Of a stretch of DNA of 64,000 bases, positions 61,268 through 64,000 are shown piece after piece. How positions within the stretch are numbered: position 1 is the stretch's first letter; each line of letters opens with the position of its first letter. The translations under genes were made by a program, and so were the position numbers. The notes below the pieces were generated by a model, which had not been told where the DNA came from, did not search any database, and saw only the letters and a program-made list of their open reading frames with translations. The DNA comes from a virus: the IMG/VR virus record IMGVR_UViG_3300045988_161343; one strand, written 5' to 3'.

Positions 61268-61588
61268 ATGATTAACGTGAGAACTATTCGGAAAATGCAG
61301 GACGGCGATACCCTGAACCTTAAGAACGGCAATATCAAAAAGTACAAGGGCGGTTTTCAAGTGAATACCGCCACAGTTATCCTTGACACTCCAGAAAAAG
61401 CAATCGAATGGATGAAACGTTTGACTCGGAATTTTGGAAAGAGCTGCCAGATTCGTTTCAAAGATGAAAAGTATTATGTCAGCCTGACCGAGCATACCTA
61501 CACGCGGCGGCAGGCAAGAGAAGTTGCAAGCGAACATCTTCAGGGCATTATTTACGATTGGAATAATCTGGCACACCAGGCAGTTTAA
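61268..61588 (+). CDS. hypothetical protein, paralog B (106 aa)
   Basis: MINVRTIRKMQDGDTLNLKNGNIKKYKGGFQV...; same N-terminal architecture as the gene 23 nt upstream. Confidence 0.5.
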   Translation: MINVRTIRKMQDGDTLNLKNGNIKKYKGGFQVNTATVILDTPEKAIEWMKRLTRNFGKSCQIRFKDEKYYVSLTEHTYTRRQAREVASEHLQGIIYDWNNLAHQAV

Positions 61589-61591
61589 TCC

Positions 61592-61734
61592 CGAAATCCC
61601 AGGAGTTGGTAATCCCAATTCCTGGGATGAATATTTATTCATTTTCTTTAATTCATTATCCCTTTAATCAAATGAATTGCCTCGCCGGGGCGTGGCGAAA
61701 TTGATATATCCGCAGCAAGCTCGCCACGCCCCGC
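61592..61734 (+). terminator. two tandem hairpin terminators (tcccagga...tcctggga and gccggggcgtggcga...tcgccacgccccgc)
   Basis: Read directly downstream of paralog B. Confidence 0.5.
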
Positions 61735-61892
61735 ATTTTCCATTTAATACCAATTCTGAATATTTCCAGCCAAATTCTACCATATCTGGTATTATGTTCC
61801 ATTTCCCATATCCTACCAGCTTATGGTATATAATTCCATACTAAATGTTTCCAGAATCTTTGTGCATATTGACGAATAAAAAAATTTGACTT

Positions 61893-61926
61893 TTCTATTG
61901 ACATTTACCATAGGGTGTGCTATTAT
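61893..61926 (+). promoter_or_regulatory. sigma70-like promoter TTGACA-17-TATTAT(ATAAT)
   Basis: ttgacatttaccatagggtgtgctattatataat. Confidence 0.45.
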
Positions 61927-61974
61927 ATAATTGTTCCAAGGGAACAGATAAAAAATGAAATGGAGATACAAAAA

Positions 61975-62139
61975 ATGACTACTGAAAAAATCGCTGAACT
62001 GCTGAACGAATGGATTGATAATGACCATGATTTCAGTACGGAATCCATCAATGATTTCTGCAATACATATGCCCGCAATTATGACGAGTATATGGGTCTG
62101 TGGTACACAGTCTGCGGTTGCATCGAGGAGGAGGGTTAA
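61975..62139 (+). CDS. hypothetical small protein (about 54 aa; alternative start 61960)
   Basis: RBS ggagatacaaaaaATG inside ORF 61915..62139. Confidence 0.4.
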   Translation: MTTEKIAELLNEWIDNDHDFSTESINDFCNTYARNYDEYMGLWYTVCGCIEEEG

Positions 62140-62143
62140 CATC

Positions 62144-62284
62144 ATGTATGAGTTCGAAATGTATAATGTCAACACGAAAGAAATTGAAACTGCATATGGC
62201 TACTCCCTAGCAGACGCTAGGGAGAGAAGCCCAAAGTATAACAGCCGTGAATGGGTTTGTCTAATGTCTACTTATATTGATTAA
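62144..62284 (+). CDS. hypothetical small protein (46 aa)
   Basis: RBS gaggagggttaacatcATG; TAA stop. Confidence 0.4.
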   Translation: MYEFEMYNVNTKEIETAYGYSLADARERSPKYNSREWVCLMSTYID

Positions 62285-62486
62285 GGAGGAAATGAAAATG
62301 AAAATGTCTGAATTTGCAAATAACATTCTTGATAAGAAAATGCTGATTGAACTTATCAAACACCTTCCTTCTTGTAAAGCCTGTCCTTTCCAGAAGGCTT
62401 GTGAGAAAGCGGTTATTGATAATCCGGATGAATCTTGCGAACAGTTTCTGAACCGTTGGATTGAAGATGATAGGAACGAGGGCTGA
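62277..62486 (+). CDS. hypothetical Cys-containing small protein (69 aa)
   Basis: RBS ttaaggaggaaatgaaaATG; CKACPFQKAC; TGA stop inside hairpin gagggctgaaaagccctc (62479-62496). Confidence 0.45.
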   Translation: MIKEEMKMKMSEFANNILDKKMLIELIKHLPSCKACPFQKACEKAVIDNPDESCEQFLNRWIEDDRNEG

Positions 62487-62516
62487 AAAGCCCTCTTCCA
62501 AAAGGAGGAAATTAAA

Positions 62517-62840
62517 ATGGATATTACAAAATTGCAAGTCAGTCAGCATATCAAGGAAGACCGCTTGGATAGATATGTTGAAATTCAAATGAACACCGGA
62601 CTTGGCGAACCTGTTGCAAAATTCAAATATGAGGACAAATGGCAGATTATTACAAGTACAGGAGTGATTTTGATTACAGATAGCCGGATGGAATTTCTAA
62701 TCACATTGTATTATGTCAACATGGACAAAGCAACTGCAATTTTCAGACGAAATGGGCAGATAAAAATGCCGAAAGTAGTATATGACGCAATTCAGAAGAA
62801 CATGGCGAAAAAGCTAATCAAACATAGAAAGGAAAAATAA
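62517..62840 (+). CDS. hypothetical protein (107 aa)
   Basis: RBS aaaaggaggaaattaaaATG. Confidence 0.5.
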   Translation: MDITKLQVSQHIKEDRLDRYVEIQMNTGLGEPVAKFKYEDKWQIITSTGVILITDSRMEFLITLYYVNMDKATAIFRRNGQIKMPKVVYDAIQKNMAKKLIKHRKEK

Positions 62841-62842
62841 AA

Positions 62843-63070
62843 ATGAAAATCGAATATGAAAAGCCCAGACAGGTTATCCACTTCGCAGCTCTGGATGTTG
62901 GAACTGTATTCCGCGACCCGTCCGATGATATAATTTATATGAAAACTGAATATATTGATAATGACGGTGATGAAATCAATTCGATTGATTTAGCCACTGG
63001 AAACCTTGAGTGTCTTCATAATGACGCAAAAGTCTATCCCGTAGATGCTACATTATATGTTAAGGAGTGA
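62843..63070 (+). CDS. hypothetical protein (75 aa)
   Basis: Intact ORF directly after previous stop. Confidence 0.5.
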   Translation: MKIEYEKPRQVIHFAALDVGTVFRDPSDDIIYMKTEYIDNDGDEINSIDLATGNLECLHNDAKVYPVDATLYVKE

Positions 63071-63076
63071 TAAAAA

Positions 63077-63289
63077 ATGGAAGGATATAAAACATGGAAG
63101 TATCTGGTAATTAACTTCCTCCCTACAAAAGACTGGCCGCGACTGTTTTTTGTAGAAGCTTCGTGTCGCTCGGAAGCTGAATCTTATATTCGGAAGCACT
63201 GTGGGCAAGACTATATGTTGGTGGATAAATACGATGAATTTGTCGCAAAAATTCTTGATTATCCCGAAATTCCGCATTATAAATTCTGA
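63077..63289 (+). CDS. hypothetical protein (70 aa)
   Basis: RBS ttaaggagtgataaaaaATG. Confidence 0.5.
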   Translation: MEGYKTWKYLVINFLPTKDWPRLFFVEASCRSEAESYIRKHCGQDYMLVDKYDEFVAKILDYPEIPHYKF

Positions 63290-63299
63290 TTTCTATTTG

Positions 63300-63328
63300 A
63301 ATTTCCTCCCATATTTTGGGAGGAAATT
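63300..63328 (+). terminator. rho-independent terminator
   Basis: aatttcctcccatattttgggaggaaatt followed by T-rich tract. Confidence 0.55.
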
Positions 63329-63617
63329 TCTATTTGAAAATTATAGAAAAAAATAATATAATTTTTATATAAAAAAATAATTTTTATTTCTATTTTAATT
63401 TTATAATTTTCCAGTTAAAAAATCAAATGCGGCAAATTTGGCAATCCCATAATTTAGAAGGGGGATTCAAGCCGGTCGCGATCCAACGCCGCGACCGGAA
63501 TTTCGCGAATTAAAGTGCTAACGTAAAAAAGTTTTCCAAATCCTTCCAGCCCAGCCCTTGGAAAATTTTCCCAAAACATTTGTGTAATTTGACGAAAGCA
63601 TTTTCCATTTTATGTCT

Positions 63618-63652
63618 TGACATTTGGCTTGCCCTGTGTTATACTATAAACA
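63618..63652 (+). promoter_or_regulatory. sigma70-like promoter TTGACA-17-TATACT; a 9-bp stem hairpin ccggtcgcg...cgcgaccgg lies upstream at 63471-63498
   Basis: ttgacatttggcttgccctgtgttatactat. Confidence 0.45.
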
Positions 63653-63678
63653 ATCCAAGAGGAAAGGAACTGATTAAA

Positions 63679-63846
63679 ATGACTGACCGCGAAGCCCTCG
63701 ACCAAATTCTGGAACATCTGAATGGAAATTTGCAATCCATTGTCAAGGATGAAGCAACATATGTTGAAATTGAAAATTACTCCTATGGCGAAGATATTGT
63801 ATTTGAATTTGATGAAAATGGAAATATTTTATCAGTCTATTCTTGA
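63679..63846 (+). CDS. hypothetical small acidic protein (55 aa)
   Basis: RBS gaggaaaggaactgattaaaATG inside ORF 63580..63846. Confidence 0.45.
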   Translation: MTDREALDQILEHLNGNLQSIVKDEATYVEIENYSYGEDIVFEFDENGNILSVYS

Positions 63847-63860
63847 AAGGGGAATATAAA

Positions 63861-64000
63861 ATGAAAATCTATATGGCTGGGGCGTTCTTCCGCCCTGAAA
63901 CAAAATCAAGAATTGATTCATATGCGGCTGATTTCCGGCGGCTTGGGCATGATGTATATGTGCCGCAAGAACATACAGTCCCGAACGCTTGGGATATGTC
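63861..64000 (+). CDS. nucleoside 2-deoxyribosyltransferase-like protein, N-terminal part (runs off window)
   Basis: MKIYMAGAFFRPE start resembles the MKIYLAGP(L)F signature of that family; RBS aaaggggaatataaaATG. Confidence 0.35.
   Translation, partial: MKIYMAGAFFRPETKSRIDSYAADFRRLGHDVYVPQEHTVPNAWDM

Noticed and set aside
1-64000. TGA as tryptophan (translation table 4) as an alternative explanation
   Set aside because: TGA ends many genes at sensible points (tape measure, the 1098-aa tail gene, nrdD, TerS-like, several small genes), often in ATGA overlaps or before terminators. The one internal TGA at about 15410 is treated as a local anomaly.
1-64000. CRISPR arrays and rRNA genes
   Set aside because: No regularly spaced direct repeats with unique spacers were seen, and no rRNA-like GC-rich conserved stretches.

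Overview
This window reads as a roughly 58.5 kb stretch of an AT-rich tailed-phage genome (long non-contractile tail, Firmicutes-type host) in which TAG is a sense codon, followed by a 5.5 kb GC-richer block of small genes.

Evidence for TAG as a sense codon:
- Every fragmented standard-code ORF on the minus strand joins its neighbour in frame across TAG. TAA and TGA still close genes, at RBS, overlap (ATGA) or terminator positions.
- One frame from about 40212 to 30901 (about 9.3 kb) has roughly 96 TAG and no TAA or TGA.
- Recognisable proteins (NrdD, a RecD-like helicase, GIY-YIG endonuclease, portal, terminase) carry TAG inside conserved regions.
- In the NrdD alignment TAG falls on Gln or Glu positions, and TAG intermixes with CAA in Gln-rich tracts. 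Glutamine is therefore the most likely meaning.

Layout:
- Plus strand, 1 to 13.6 kb: replication and nucleotide-metabolism genes (helicase C-terminus, a GIY-YIG homing endonuclease inserted just upstream of a DnaE-like Pol III alpha gene, a dNMP/guanylate-kinase-like gene, nrdD, nrdG, dUTPase, RuvC-like resolvase).
- Minus strand, about 57.3 down to 13.7 kb: one morphogenesis block. In transcription order it runs Zn-ribbon protein, TerS-like, TerL, DUF559-like nuclease, portal, scaffold/protease-like, head protein, major capsid protein, connector, major tail protein, a tape-measure protein of about 3100 aa, four tail proteins of roughly 1000 to 1200 aa, then small membrane, Gly/Trp-rich and Tyr/Gly-rich proteins.
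- 57.4 to 58.5 kb: a divergent sigma70-like promoter pair, a small basic protein, a membrane protein and an AbrB-like regulator.
- 58.6 to 64 kb: compositionally distinct (about 45 to 50% GC against about 28 to 30%). It holds consensus TTGACA-17-TATAAT promoters, hairpin terminators, about 14 small plus-strand genes (one tandem paralog pair), and a partial nucleoside-deoxyribosyltransferase-like gene at the window edge.

TAG is essentially absent from Pol III alpha, dUTPase, RuvC, NrdG, the kinase and the major capsid protein, but dense in tail genes.

No tRNA, rRNA or CRISPR array was found, so the suppressor tRNA must lie outside this window. Coordinates for TAG-containing genes were derived by hand and are approximate (plus or minus a few nucleotides). 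A search for inteins or self-splicing introns was not done.
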